DNA of 64,000 bases from contig CAVVUS010000023.1 in assembly GCA_963751345.1 (NCBI GenBank), positions 1-64,000 on the forward strand, given 5' to 3'. The first letter of the stretch is position 1; the number at the start of each line of letters is the position of its first letter. The DNA is from an uncultured Chloroflexia bacterium (GTDB taxonomy: Bacteria; Chloroflexota; Anaerolineae; B4-G1; SLSP01). The notes beneath the pieces were generated by a model. It ran no database searches and was not told where the DNA came from. It worked only from the letters and a program-made list of their open reading frames with translations. Shown here one piece after another: positions 1 through 14,060 of the stretch. The translations under genes and the position numbers were made by a program.

Positions 1-1125
1 CGGGTTGCCGGGCCCGCATGGCCTGACGGAGCTGGAGGCCGCCCACACGCCAAACCTGGACGCGCTGGCGAAGCGCGGCATCACAGGGCTCAGCACGCCG
101 GCGCGCCCCGGCGTCACGCCGGGCAGCGGGCCGGGGCACGTGGGCCTCTTCGGTTACGATCCCATCGAGTGGGAGATCGGGCGCGGCGTCCTCGAGGCGT
201 TGGGCATCGATTTCGACCTGGGGCCCAAGGACTTGGCGGCCCGCGGTAACTTCGCGACCGTCGACGACAAGGGCAACATTACCGACCGGCGCGCCGGCCG
301 CATCCCGACCGAGGAGGGCGCCCGGCTGGTCGAGGAGCTTCGGCGGATCAAGCTGCCCGGCGTCGAGACCTTTGTCGAGGTCGTGAAGGAGTACCGGTTC
401 GTCCTGGTACTGCGTGGCGAGGGGCTGGAAGGCGGTTTGACGGAGACCGACCCGCAGATGACCGGCGTGCCGCCGCTGCCTGTTGAGGCGACCCACCCCG
501 GTGCCGAGAGGTAGCGGCGTCTCTGCTCAACTATTGGTTGTCCGAGGCGCGGAAGCTGCTGGCAAAAGAGCCCCGGGCGAACAGCATGAACCTGCGCGGC
601 ATCGCCAAGGTCCCGCCGATCCCCAAGATGTCCGACACGTACAAGATGAAGCTGGCTGCGATTGCCACCTATCCGATGTACCGTGGGATCGGGCGACTGG
701 TCGGCATGAACGTACTGCCGACGGGCGACACGATCGCGAGTGAGGTCGAGACACTTCAAAAGCACTGGGCTGATCACGACTTCTTCTTCTTCCACGTGAA
801 GAAGACGGATAGCTATGGTGAGGACGGAAACTTCGACGCCAAGGTGCACGTGATCGAGGAGGCCGACGCGGCATTCGCCGACATTCTGGCTCTCAATCCC
901 GACGTGATCGTCGTCACCGGTGACCACAGCACGCCGACCGCGCTCAAGTCTCACTCCTGGCACGAGCTCCCGGTGCTGCTCTGGTCGAAGCATATCCGCC
1001 CTGACAACGTCGAGACCTTTGGCGAGCGCCCGTGTATGGCGGGGGGGATGGGACACATCCGCCACCCCGATCTGCTCCCGTTGATGATGGCGAACGCCGG
1101 ACGTCTGACCAAGTTCGGCGCCTAG
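1..1125 (+). CDS. apgM: 2,3-bisphosphoglycerate-independent phosphoglycerate mutase, ApgM type (5' partial, frameshift near 510)
   Basis: ORFs 5-514 and 538-1125 together give TELEAAHTPNLD, TPGSGPGH, RGNFAT..DRRAGRI, HVKKTDSYGEDG, TGDHSTP and HSWHELP motifs. Confidence 0.9.
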
Positions 1126-1155
1126 CACGATTCACAACGTCACGATGCGTACGAA

Positions 1156-1191
1156 AACAGCCGCCAGCCGTCGCTGGCGGCTGTTGGTTTT
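1156..1191 (+). terminator. Intrinsic terminator hairpin after apgM
   Basis: AACAGCCGCCAGC-CGTC-GCTGGCGGCTGTT, a perfect 13-bp stem followed by GGTTTT. Confidence 0.7.
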
Positions 1192-1203
1192 CCGCTGCGA
1201 GGT

Positions 1204-1272
1204 AACCTTGCGAAGGTTCAAGCCCGAGTCCCCGGCGTCTTTTGCCGGGGCTCGGGCAGCCTTCGCAAGGTT
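1204..1272. repeat. Long nested inverted repeat (REP/MITE-like)
   Basis: AACCTTGCGAAGGTT ... GCCCGAGTCCCCGGC-gtctttt-GCCGGGGCTCGGGC ... AGCCTTCGCAAGGTT. Confidence 0.6.
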
Positions 1273-1293
1273 CGCGCCTTCCTTGGAGGCCCG

Positions 1294-3656
1294 ATGACCC
1301 AGCACTGGCTGAACCCGGCGCCGGTCGTCGTGCCTCGCGCATTGCGCGAAGCCGTCGGCGGGCATCCCCTGGTGACCGAGACGTTGGTGCGGCGCGGGTT
1401 TCGTACGGTCGAGGAGGCCAAGGCGTTCCTGGATCCGGCGGCCTATGTGCCGGCGCCACCGGAGGCGCTGCCTGGCGTGACGGCCACGGTCGCACGCCTT
1501 AGGCAGGCGATCGCGCAGCACGAGCTTATCTGTGTGTGGGGAGACTTCGACGTCGATGGCCAGACGGCAACGACTGTGCTGGTGTCGACGCTCAAGGATC
1601 TCGGCGCGGACGTCATCCACCACATACCTGTCCGCGCGACGGAGTCGCACGGTATCAAGGTGCCGTGGCTGGCGCAGGAGCTATCAAAGGGTGTGCGGGT
1701 CGTGATCACGTGCGACACGGGAATCGACGCCCACGAGGCGGTGGCCTATGCCCGGGCGGAGGGTGTCGATGTGCTGATCACCGACCACCACGAACTGCCG
1801 GAGCAGTTGCCCGACGCCTTCGCGGTGGTCAACCCGCATCTGCTCCCCGAGGGGCATCCTCTCGGTGCGCTGCCTGGCGTTGGCGTCGCATACAAGGTGG
1901 CGCAGGCAGCCTACGGTGCTGCGGGACGTGTGGGTGACGCGGAGGTTGCTGGACCTCGTCGCCCTGGGCATCGTCGCAGATGTAGCAGAACAGACCGGCG
2001 ATACACGGTATCTCCTGCAACTGGGTCTTCGGGAGCTGCGGCGAACACGTCGGCTCGGAATCCAGGAGCTTCTCAAGTCCGCCGGCGTCGATCCTGCGAA
2101 CGTGGATGAGGAGGATATCGGCTTCGCCATCGGGCCCCGGCTGAATGCATTGGGCCGCCTGGCCGATGCGAACCCGATTGTTGAATTCCTCACGACGGAG
2201 GACCTGACGCGGGCTCGGATCGTGGCATCGGAGTTGGAGGCTTCAACTGCGCGGCGAAGGCTGCTCTGCGATCAGGTGGATGCAGCGGCGGAGGCCAGGT
2301 TGGAGCGGGAGCCGGAGCTGCTGAAGGGGTCGGTGCTGGTGCTCTCTGATCCCCTCTGGCCCGCGGGTGTCATCGGCATTGTGGCCAACCGGCTGGTGGA
2401 GCGATACCAGCGGCCGGTCGTTCTGCTCTCCTCTCCCCTGGGGAGATGGCGCACGGGTCGGCCCGCTCCGTCGAGGGTTGCCATATCACCGATGCGATCG
2501 CCTCGCAGCAGGCGTTGCTGGAGGGATTTGGGGGACACGCGATGGCCGCAGGTGTCACGATCGATCCCGAACGCATTGCCGAATTCAGGAAGGGTCTCGA
2601 TCGCGCGGTGTCTGCCCAACTGGCCAAGCGTGCTGGGGTGCCGCGGCTGCAGATCCACGGCTATCTTCTACTCGACGAGTTGACACTGCCGTTGGTGACC
2701 GACTTGGCGCGCCTGGCCCCTTTTGGTGCGGGGAATCCGCCGCTGGTGTTGGCGACCCGGGACCTGGAGATTGTAGCTAAGCGCAAGTTAGGCCGGGCCG
2801 GGCGGCATCTGCGCGTCACCGTGACCGACGGCACGAGAACAAGCGGGAGGTCGTGTGGTGGGGTGGGGATGAGGCGGCACTGCCTGAGGGACGCTTCGAT
2901 CTGGCATTCAGTCTACGGGTGAACACGTATCGGGGTGTCACGAGCGTGCAGCTTGTGTGGCAGGAAGCTCGTGCTCACGACGAGGTGATCGCCACCCAGC
3001 CCGTCGCCATACCACAGGAGTTGGTGATCCAGGACTGGCGTGGCGCGGTCGATGCTGGGATCCGGCTTGCCGCGCTGCTTGAGGCGCGTCCGGGGGTCGT
3101 GGTCTGGGCTGAGGGGAGGGTAGACGAGGCCGTGCCGGCATTGAGTCGGCTCGAGTTGATGCCCGCAGAGACGCTGGTGATTTGGAGCAGCCCGCCCGGG
3201 TTGGAGCCTCTCATACTGGCTCTCAAGCGTGTGGCACCCAGGGAGGTTGTGCTTGTGGGGCAGCCCGGCGGGTTGGATGAGCCCGGCACATTTCTCACAT
3301 ATCTTGCCGGTCTGGCGAAGCACGCGCTGAACAAGAAGGACGGGTGGACTGGCGTGCCTGAGCTTGCCGCCGCGATGGGGCATCGTGAGGCAGCGGTACG
3401 GGCAGGACTTGCCTGGTTGGAGGCCAAGGGGATGATCCGCGTGATAAGCGGTGGCGATCTTGCGCTTCGGCTCGCGGTAGGAGGTGATACGGATACCGAG
3501 ATGGTGGCGCGGAGTGCCGCTGAGCTTCAGCGCATCCTATCCGAGACATCATCGTACCGGCGCTTCTTTGTGCGCGCCGACAAGGATCGCCTGCTGAGCG
3601 GATTGTTGTCGCAGGCAGATGCATCGAGTTCGGCGAATAGTGCGCATAGGGGTTGA
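1294..3656 (+). CDS. recJ: Single-stranded-DNA exonuclease RecJ with C-terminal extension (frameshifts near 1945, 2440, 2840)
   Basis: GDFDVDG, ITCDTG, ITDHH, LDLVALGIVADV, GPRLNALGRL, GSARS, FGGHAMAAG and LAPFGAGNP motifs across four overlapping ORFs. Confidence 0.92.
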
Positions 3657-3912
3657 CAGTACGGGGGGCGTGGTATGATGCAGCGCTGTGGCTGGGGGAC
3701 GAAGCCAGACACGGGAGCTTAACAGCAGGGGAGACAGCGCGAGGAGCGCGAGCCGGAAGCCAGGGGCGGAGGGCTTGACAGCGCGACGGGCTGTGGTAGA
3801 CTGCTGAGGTGCTGACGCGGAGGCGCGGGAGCACGCAGGACCTTACAAGCCAAGAGGGGAAGGGAGAGAGCGCGGAAGGGCGCTTGACAGGAACCGCGGG
3901 GCGTGGTAAGAT
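3653..3912 (+). promoter_or_regulatory. Three tandem sigma70-type rRNA promoters
   Basis: TTGACA(3653)-15-TATGAT, TTGACA(3775)-16-TAGACT and TTGACA(3884)-17-TAAGAT; each -10 is preceded by TGG (extended -10). Confidence 0.8.
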
Positions 3913-4162
3913 GAAGGATACCTGAAGGTAATCCGACTGCGGGCAAGACTGGGGTCCGAAGAGGGCCGGCAAGTTGCCAAGGCCGATGCAGAGCGTGGGA
4001 GGTCACGCGAGGGCATCGGCTTTACTGTCGGGAGGGACCGGAGGGGAGCACCTTAACAGCTGAATAGTAACAGGAAACAGCAAGCCAAGAGAGTAGCGAG
4101 AAAACCCAAGAGACTCGAATGAGTTGAGGAAAGAAGTCCTTCACGCAGGTGAAGGCGAGATC

Positions 4163-5663
<1,501 letters not shown>

Positions 5664-5762
5664 CGGACGAGGGGAGTGGGGCTCAGCTCCATTCCCAACC
5701 TCAAAGCCCAGTGTTTCCTGTTACTCTTCAGCCGTTAAGGCTGATGGCTCGGTGAGCCGAAA

Positions 5763-5836
5763 GGGCCTGTAGCTCAGCAGGTTAGAGCACACCTCTGATA
5801 AGGGTGGGGTCCGTGGTTCGAGTCCACGCAGGCCCA
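5763..5836 (+). tRNA. tRNA-Ile(GAT)
   Basis: GGGCCTG/CAGGCCC acceptor stem, CTGATAA anticodon loop, GGTTCGAGTCC T-arm; CCA not encoded. Confidence 0.95.
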
Positions 5837-5846
5837 CAGGTTGTTC

Positions 5847-5919
5847 GGGGATGTAGCTCAGATGGGAGAGCGCCTCCCTTGCACGGAGGAGGCCAGGGGT
5901 TCGAGTCCCCTCATCTCCA
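5847..5919 (+). tRNA. tRNA-Ala(TGC)
   Basis: GGGGATG/CATCTCC acceptor stem with G3:U70, TTGCA anticodon loop, GGTTCGAGTCC; CCA not encoded. Confidence 0.95.
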
Positions 5920-6038
5920 TGTGAGCGTATTTGTTGGACTTCACTAGAACTAGAAGACTGAGAAGAGAGGATACGTCAAGTTTGCTGAATCTCTCGGGCG
6001 GCACTCACTAAGGTTAGGGGTGATCGGGGCGGTCTTCT

Positions 6039-6068
6039 ACCGGCCTGGTGTCCTAGGCCGGTTTTTTT
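6039..6068 (+). terminator. Terminator-like hairpin with U7 tract inside the 16S-23S spacer
   Basis: ACCGGCCT-ggtgtcct-AGGCCGGT followed by a T tract. Confidence 0.55.
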
Positions 6069-6280
6069 GTGTCTTTCTGAGGATTTCGGATGAGCGATTG
6101 GTCTTTGCTGCCCGCACTTGAGCGAGCTGTAAAGACCAGGCGCTGACCTGGATGGAGCTTCGTAAGCTCCGCTGATGGCCCGATCGGGCTCATCGTAAAG
6201 CACGTTAACAAGCGAAACTGCGACACGAGAAGAGAAGGGCGGGGGGAGCGACAGAGGAGCGTCGAGCTCTCCGTATCACG

Positions 6281-9280
<3,000 letters not shown>

Positions 9281-9360
9281 AAGTGATACGGAGAACTGGA
9301 CGCTCGTCCAGAGACAGCCGCCCACAAACGTGTCGCAGTTTCGTTGTTAAGCAAAGAGCT

Positions 9361-9478
9361 TCTTGGTGATAGGAGCGGCGAGGACACACCCGGCACCATC
9401 TCGAACCCGGCAGTTAAGCTCGCCAGCGCTGATGGTACTTGGGGGGTAGCCCCCTGGGAGAGTAGGTCATCGCCAAGA
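9361..9478 (+). rRNA. rrf: 5S rRNA
   Basis: TCTTGGTGAT...CACCATCTCGAACCCGGCAGTTAAGC...GATGGTACT...GGGAGAGTAGGTCATCGCCAAGA, followed by a T-rich tail. Confidence 0.96.
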
Positions 9479-9734
9479 AGCTCTTTTTTATGTGATACCC
9501 TCGGTTATGTTGCCCAGCAAATGCCTCCGCAGCTTCGCTTGACGGATAGGTCCTCGGTGTTACACTATATACCCGGCATTCGACAGCAAGCGTGTGATGT
9601 TGCCTCTATAGCGGCCTACGGGTAGCCGGTCGTATCTGTCGGAGGCGAGCGTCTGCATCTGCGATACCTATGATCTCGAATCCGTGGCACTAATTGACTT
9701 CGATGGCCAGATTCCGCGCCTTAGCAGGCCGGTG

Positions 9735-10775
9735 ATGTCGTCCAGATGGCCCTCAGTGTTGGCCCTGGCCTTGGCGTTGTTGTCGTTGGTGGCTTGCGAT
9801 CCCCAACCCGGGCACAGCGTGCAAGCTGGTGCCCCGACCTCGGCGGCAACATCGGCGATAGCTGTTGTTGAGCCTACTCCTACGCCTCTGCCTGTGCCGA
9901 CTGCGTCATCAGCCCCGGCTACGACCACGCCGACACCTATGCCCTCTCCGACGCCGTCGCCTACTGCCGAGCCGACACCGTTTGTGTGTCCGTATCTCCA
10001 TGGACGAACGGAGATCGGTACCCTCCAGAGCGATGCTATGGGGGAACAAGCGCGCTATCTGGTTCACCTGCCCCCGTGCTACGATCTGTATCCCGACCAA
10101 GCATTTCCTGTGATCTATCTGTTCCACGGGTGGCCCATGAACGAATGGCACTGGGTCAATCTTGGCGTGGACGAATGGAGCGATGACTGGGTAAGCCGAG
10201 GCATTTCCGGACCTTACCTCATCGTTATGCCAGGAGTGAGCCAGGATGGACTCTACGTCAACTCCAGCGGCGGGGACAACTCATTCGAGGGCTTCGTCGC
10301 GAACGAACTTGTGCCGCGCATTGACAGCCTCTATCGTACAATACGGGACCCGTCGGGCCGCGCCGTAGGGGGCATCTCTCGGGGCGGTGTCTGGGCGTTG
10401 GAGATCGCGTTGCGACATCAGGACCTATTCGGCGCTGTGGGCGCACACAGTCCGGCACTGGCACTAAACCGCCCCTTACCTCAATATGATCCCTATCTGC
10501 TCGCTCGCGAGGGGGTGAAGGGCCTACGAGTCTATCTCGATGCAGGGGACGGTGACTGGTCCCGCGCCGGTACCATTCGGCTCAGGGATCTACTCCTTGA
10601 ACTCGATGCCGATGTCACCTACCAGGTGCATACGGGAGGACACGTCGATGAGCTCTGGAGCAGCGGAGTCCCTGACTATCTTGCGTTCTATGCGCGTTAT
10701 TGGCCACCCTCATATGAAGCGCTTCCGGAGTGGCTTATCGCTGGTCAAGGGGACGCAATTGATGCCGTACCGTAG
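9735..10775 (+). CDS. Lipoprotein alpha/beta-hydrolase esterase (Fes/antigen-85-like) with Pro/Thr-rich linker
   Basis: Lipobox LVAC, PT-rich stretch, VHLPPCY..FPVIYLFHG, nucleophile GISRGG, DAGDGD and GGH. Confidence 0.8.
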   Translation: MSSRWPSVLALALALLSLVACDPQPGHSVQAGAPTSAATSAIAVVEPTPTPLPVPTASSAPATTTPTPMPSPTPSPTAEPTPFVCPYLHGRTEIGTLQSDAMGEQARYLVHLPPCYDLYPDQAFPVIYLFHGWPMNEWHWVNLGVDEWSDDWVSRGISGPYLIVMPGVSQDGLYVNSSGGDNSFEGFVANELVPRIDSLYRTIRDPSGRAVGGISRGGVWALEIALRHQDLFGAVGAHSPALALNRPLPQYDPYLLAREGVKGLRVYLDAGDGDWSRAGTIRLRDLLLELDADVTYQVHTGGHVDELWSSGVPDYLAFYARYWPPSYEALPEWLIAGQGDAIDAVP

Positions 10776-10844
10776 CTGAGTTGGAATGTCCTGAGCTGGC
10801 GCGACGGTTGTGTTTCCGCTCATCCAGTGTATCATAGGCAGGTT

Positions 10845-11516
10845 ATGAGCAGACCCGTACGCATTGCGCCTTCGATCCTCTCGGCGGACTTCGCCCGTCT
10901 GGGCGAACAAGTACGCGCTGCTGAATCCGCCGGCGCGGATGTGATTCACATTGACGTGATGGATGGGCAATTCGTACCCAACATCACAGTTGGGCCCCTC
11001 GTGGTGGCAGCCGTACGCTCGGTGACAACCCTCCCTCTGGACATCCACCTTATGATCGATCGGCCCGAGCGTTATATCGCTGCCTTTGCTGAAGCGGGGG
11101 CCAACTACCTGACGGTGCATCCGGAGGCCACGATTCATCTCCACCGTGTACTTCAGCAGATTCACGATGTAGGCGCGCAGGCAGGGATATCCCTCAACCC
11201 TGCCACGTCTGAGTCCGAGCTGCGCTATGTTCTGCCTGACGTCGATCTCGTACTCGTTATGACGGTGAATCCCGGATTCGGAGGACAGAAGCTGATACCG
11301 GGGATGTTTGACAAGATACGCGAAGTGCGCAGGATGCTTGATAATGCCGGTAGCCCTGCGTGGCTCTCTGTGGATGGAGGGATCGACCCGGGTACGGCGC
11401 CCCGGGCCGTGTCTCAGGGCGCTGACACGCTGGTCGCCGGATCTGCGATATTCGCGGCGCCTGAGGGCGTAGCAGCAGCCATTCGCGCTCTTCGACGCGC
11501 AACTATGGCTGTGTAG
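10845..11516 (+). CDS. rpe: Ribulose-phosphate 3-epimerase
   Basis: IAPSILSADF, HIDVMDGQFVPNIT, MTVNPGFGGQ, VDGGI. Confidence 0.96.
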   Translation: MSRPVRIAPSILSADFARLGEQVRAAESAGADVIHIDVMDGQFVPNITVGPLVVAAVRSVTTLPLDIHLMIDRPERYIAAFAEAGANYLTVHPEATIHLHRVLQQIHDVGAQAGISLNPATSESELRYVLPDVDLVLVMTVNPGFGGQKLIPGMFDKIREVRRMLDNAGSPAWLSVDGGIDPGTAPRAVSQGADTLVAGSAIFAAPEGVAAAIRALRRATMAV

Positions 11517-11539
11517 GGCTGCGTGGTAAGGCTGAGGCC

Positions 11540-11586
11540 AAAGAAAAACGGCTCCACTCGCGTTAGGATGGGGCGAATGGAGCCGT
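11540..11586 (-). terminator. Terminator between convergent rpe and rpmB
   Basis: ACGGCTCCA...TGGAGCCGT stem with AAAGAAAA on the left (U tract on the minus strand). Confidence 0.55.
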
Positions 11587-11608
11587 GTCTTGCGTGGTTC
11601 GTGTGATA

Positions 11609-11794
11609 CTAGCTCTCAGCACGAGAGAGCGTGCGTAGGCACCTCGTGCACACATAAAGGCGACGATACTTGCCGTCGATCATCACGCGCTTGTGCTTGA
11701 TGTTCGGCTTGAACATACGATTCGTAGCGCGCTTGGAGTGACTTACATTATGCCCAAACATCGGACTCTTACCGCAGATTTCGCACTTGGCCAT
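11609..11794 (-). CDS. rpmB: 50S ribosomal protein L28 (Zn-ribbon form)
   Basis: [32 protein letters not shown]. Confidence 0.96.
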   Translation of the reverse strand: MAKCEICGKSPMFGHNVSHSKRATNRMFKPNIKHKRVMIDGKYRRLYVCTRCLRTLSRAES

Positions 11795-11867
11795 TATTCA
11801 CCTCTTCTTTGTCGATGACCGAATTATGATACCACAAAGGACGGAGGAAGCAACCGGAGGAGGACCA

Positions 11868-12224
11868 ATGGACGATGAGATTGAGGCGCGAGGCAGGATC
11901 GAGGTCGCACAGGCGGCGATTGCCTCTGTTGTCAGCGAGGCAGTCCAGACCTGCTACGGCGTTGTGGGTACGGTGCCGAGGAACTTTGCTACGGGGCTTG
12001 CTGACATCTTGTCTGCAGACCGCAAGCGCGGTGTCGAGGTCATTGTTCGCGATGGGAAAATCACCATCGACCTGTTTGTCGTGGTAGAATATGGGACGCG
12101 AGTCAAGAGCGTCGCCGCGAGCATCAGGGACGTGGTCAAGTACCAGGTGGAAAGGGCACTGGAGCTACCCGTTGCCCAGGTAAACGTCCACATTCAGGCA
12201 CTACGTGTCAGCGACTTGGGTTAG
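11868..12224 (+). CDS. Asp23/Gls24 family protein (YloU-like)
   Basis: CYGVVG..KRGVEV..IDLFVVVEYG..VKYQVE..VNVHIQ; GGAGG RBS; canonical position before the DAK2 gene. Confidence 0.9.
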   Translation: MDDEIEARGRIEVAQAAIASVVSEAVQTCYGVVGTVPRNFATGLADILSADRKRGVEVIVRDGKITIDLFVVVEYGTRVKSVAASIRDVVKYQVERALELPVAQVNVHIQALRVSDLG

Positions 12225-12236
12225 GGAGGAGTAACG

Positions 12237-13931
12237 TTGGGTATCCCCGAGGGTGATGGGACACGTGCTCTGGATGGACGCCGTCTGAAGCCGATGGTGT
12301 CGGCTGCGCTCTCCTGGTTGCGTCAGCACCAGGAGTCAGTCAATGCATTAAATGTCTTCCCAGTCCCTGATGGCGATACCGGGACCAATATGACGCTGAC
12401 GATGACATCGGCGTGGGAGGAGATTGCGGCTGTCGATGAGCCTCACGTAGGCCGGCTTATGGCGAAGGTCGCTCACGGTGCGCTGATGGGAGCTCGCGGC
12501 AACTCGGGCGTCATTCTGTCTCAGATCTGGCGCGGATTTGCCCACGGTTTGGACGGACATCAGACCCTCACGGTGGAGACCGGTGCTGAGGCGATGCGTG
12601 CGGCGGCCGATACGGCCTATAAGGGTGTGGTCAAGCCCGTCGAGGGCACCATCCTGACAGTGATCCGTGAAATGGCGGAGGAGTCCGCTGCGGCATCGAA
12701 GTCCATGCCTGATCTTGTGGGGTTTCTCGACCGGCTCGTAAAGCGTGCGGAGATATCCGTGGCTCACACGCCGTCACTCTTGCCTGTGTTACGGCAGGCG
12801 GGGGTTGTTGATGCTGGCGGTCAAGGGTTGTTCAGGATATTCGAGGGTATGTTGCGTGAGCTGAAGGGATTACCTGTGGCCGGGGACGAAGTTCGAGCGC
12901 CGGGCCTGGCGTTGGCGCAGCTCGATCTGCATTCGGAAGGCCAGTTCGGGGTTGAGTTTGACAGTGCCTATCCTTATGATGTACAGATGATCATTATGGG
13001 CGAGGATCTGGATGTGGCGTCGATCCGTGCCGGGATTGAGGGTATGGGAGATTGTCCTCTCACGGTGGGCGATGCAAATGCAATCAAGATCCATGTTCAC
13101 GTCGCAGATCCTGGCGTGCCCATTAGCTACGGCGCGGAGTTCGGTTCTCTCCGTGACGTGGTCGTTGAGGACATGCGGGTCCAGTATGAGGCGTATGCGG
13201 CTTCCCGGTCCGCCCTCCTGCCTGCACGATCCGGTAGCGGGCTTCCCGTCTCGTTGTTAGGCCAAGCGCAGCCACCCAACATCAGCGTTGTGGTTGTTTC
13301 GGCGGGAGAGGGGCTGGCAAATGTGTTCAGCAGCCTCGGGGCGACGTCCGTCGTCGAGGGCGGACAGACGATGAATCCCAGCACTGCACAGATCCTTGAG
13401 GCCGTCGAGCAGTCCGTGTCCGACCAGGTCATCGTGCTCCCGAACAACAAGAATATCCTGATGGCGGCACAACAAGCTGCCGAAGTCAGCACCAAGACGG
13501 TTAAGATCGTCCCCACGCGCACTATTCCCCAAGGAGTTGCTGCGCTGCTATCGCTGGACCAGGATGCCTCGCTTGACGAGAATGTGGCTGCGATGCACGC
13601 TTCGTCCCTGGACGTGATCACCGGTGAGGTGACGTGGGCGACACGCGACGTGCAGATGAACGGCCTACGAGTCAAGGAGGGCGATGCGATCGGGCTCTTG
13701 GAAGACGAGCTTGTCGTGGATGCACGATCTTTTGGGGAAGCCGTGCGGTGGCTGTTGGCCGAAGCGGAGCTGGAAGACAGGGAGTTGGTGACGCTCTACT
13801 TTGGCGATCAGGTAACCGAATCACAGGCGCGGGAGCTCGCCGAAGGCCTTGGCGAGCTGTATCCTGACCTGGAGTTCGAGGTCGTGGAGGGCGGGCAGCC
13901 GCATTACCCCTACATCATCTCGATCGAGTAG
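12237..13931 (+). CDS. fakA: DAK2-domain fatty acid kinase subunit A (YloV/FakA)
   Basis: NALNVFPVPDGDTGTNM, GARGNSGVILSQ, KPVEGTILTV, GVVDAGGQG, GGQTMNPST, GGQPHYPY. Confidence 0.93.
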   Translation: MGIPEGDGTRALDGRRLKPMVSAALSWLRQHQESVNALNVFPVPDGDTGTNMTLTMTSAWEEIAAVDEPHVGRLMAKVAHGALMGARGNSGVILSQIWRGFAHGLDGHQTLTVETGAEAMRAAADTAYKGVVKPVEGTILTVIREMAEESAAASKSMPDLVGFLDRLVKRAEISVAHTPSLLPVLRQAGVVDAGGQGLFRIFEGMLRELKGLPVAGDEVRAPGLALAQLDLHSEGQFGVEFDSAYPYDVQMIIMGEDLDVASIRAGIEGMGDCPLTVGDANAIKIHVHVADPGVPISYGAEFGSLRDVVVEDMRVQYEAYAASRSALLPARSGSGLPVSLLGQAQPPNISVVVVSAGEGLANVFSSLGATSVVEGGQTMNPSTAQILEAVEQSVSDQVIVLPNNKNILMAAQQAAEVSTKTVKIVPTRTIPQGVAALLSLDQDASLDENVAAMHASSLDVITGEVTWATRDVQMNGLRVKEGDAIGLLEDELVVDARSFGEAVRWLLAEAELEDRELVTLYFGDQVTESQARELAEGLGELYPDLEFEVVEGGQPHYPYIISIE

Positions 13932-14060
13932 CCAGGACTGTGTGCCACAGAGTTGACCGGAGTCCTGGACGCGGGCGTGGAAGAAATCACGAGCTTATCC
14001 GCTGACGTTCTGTCTGTTTGGTTTTTATAGGTATTCATCTCTTAGATCAGGAGTGACTGC

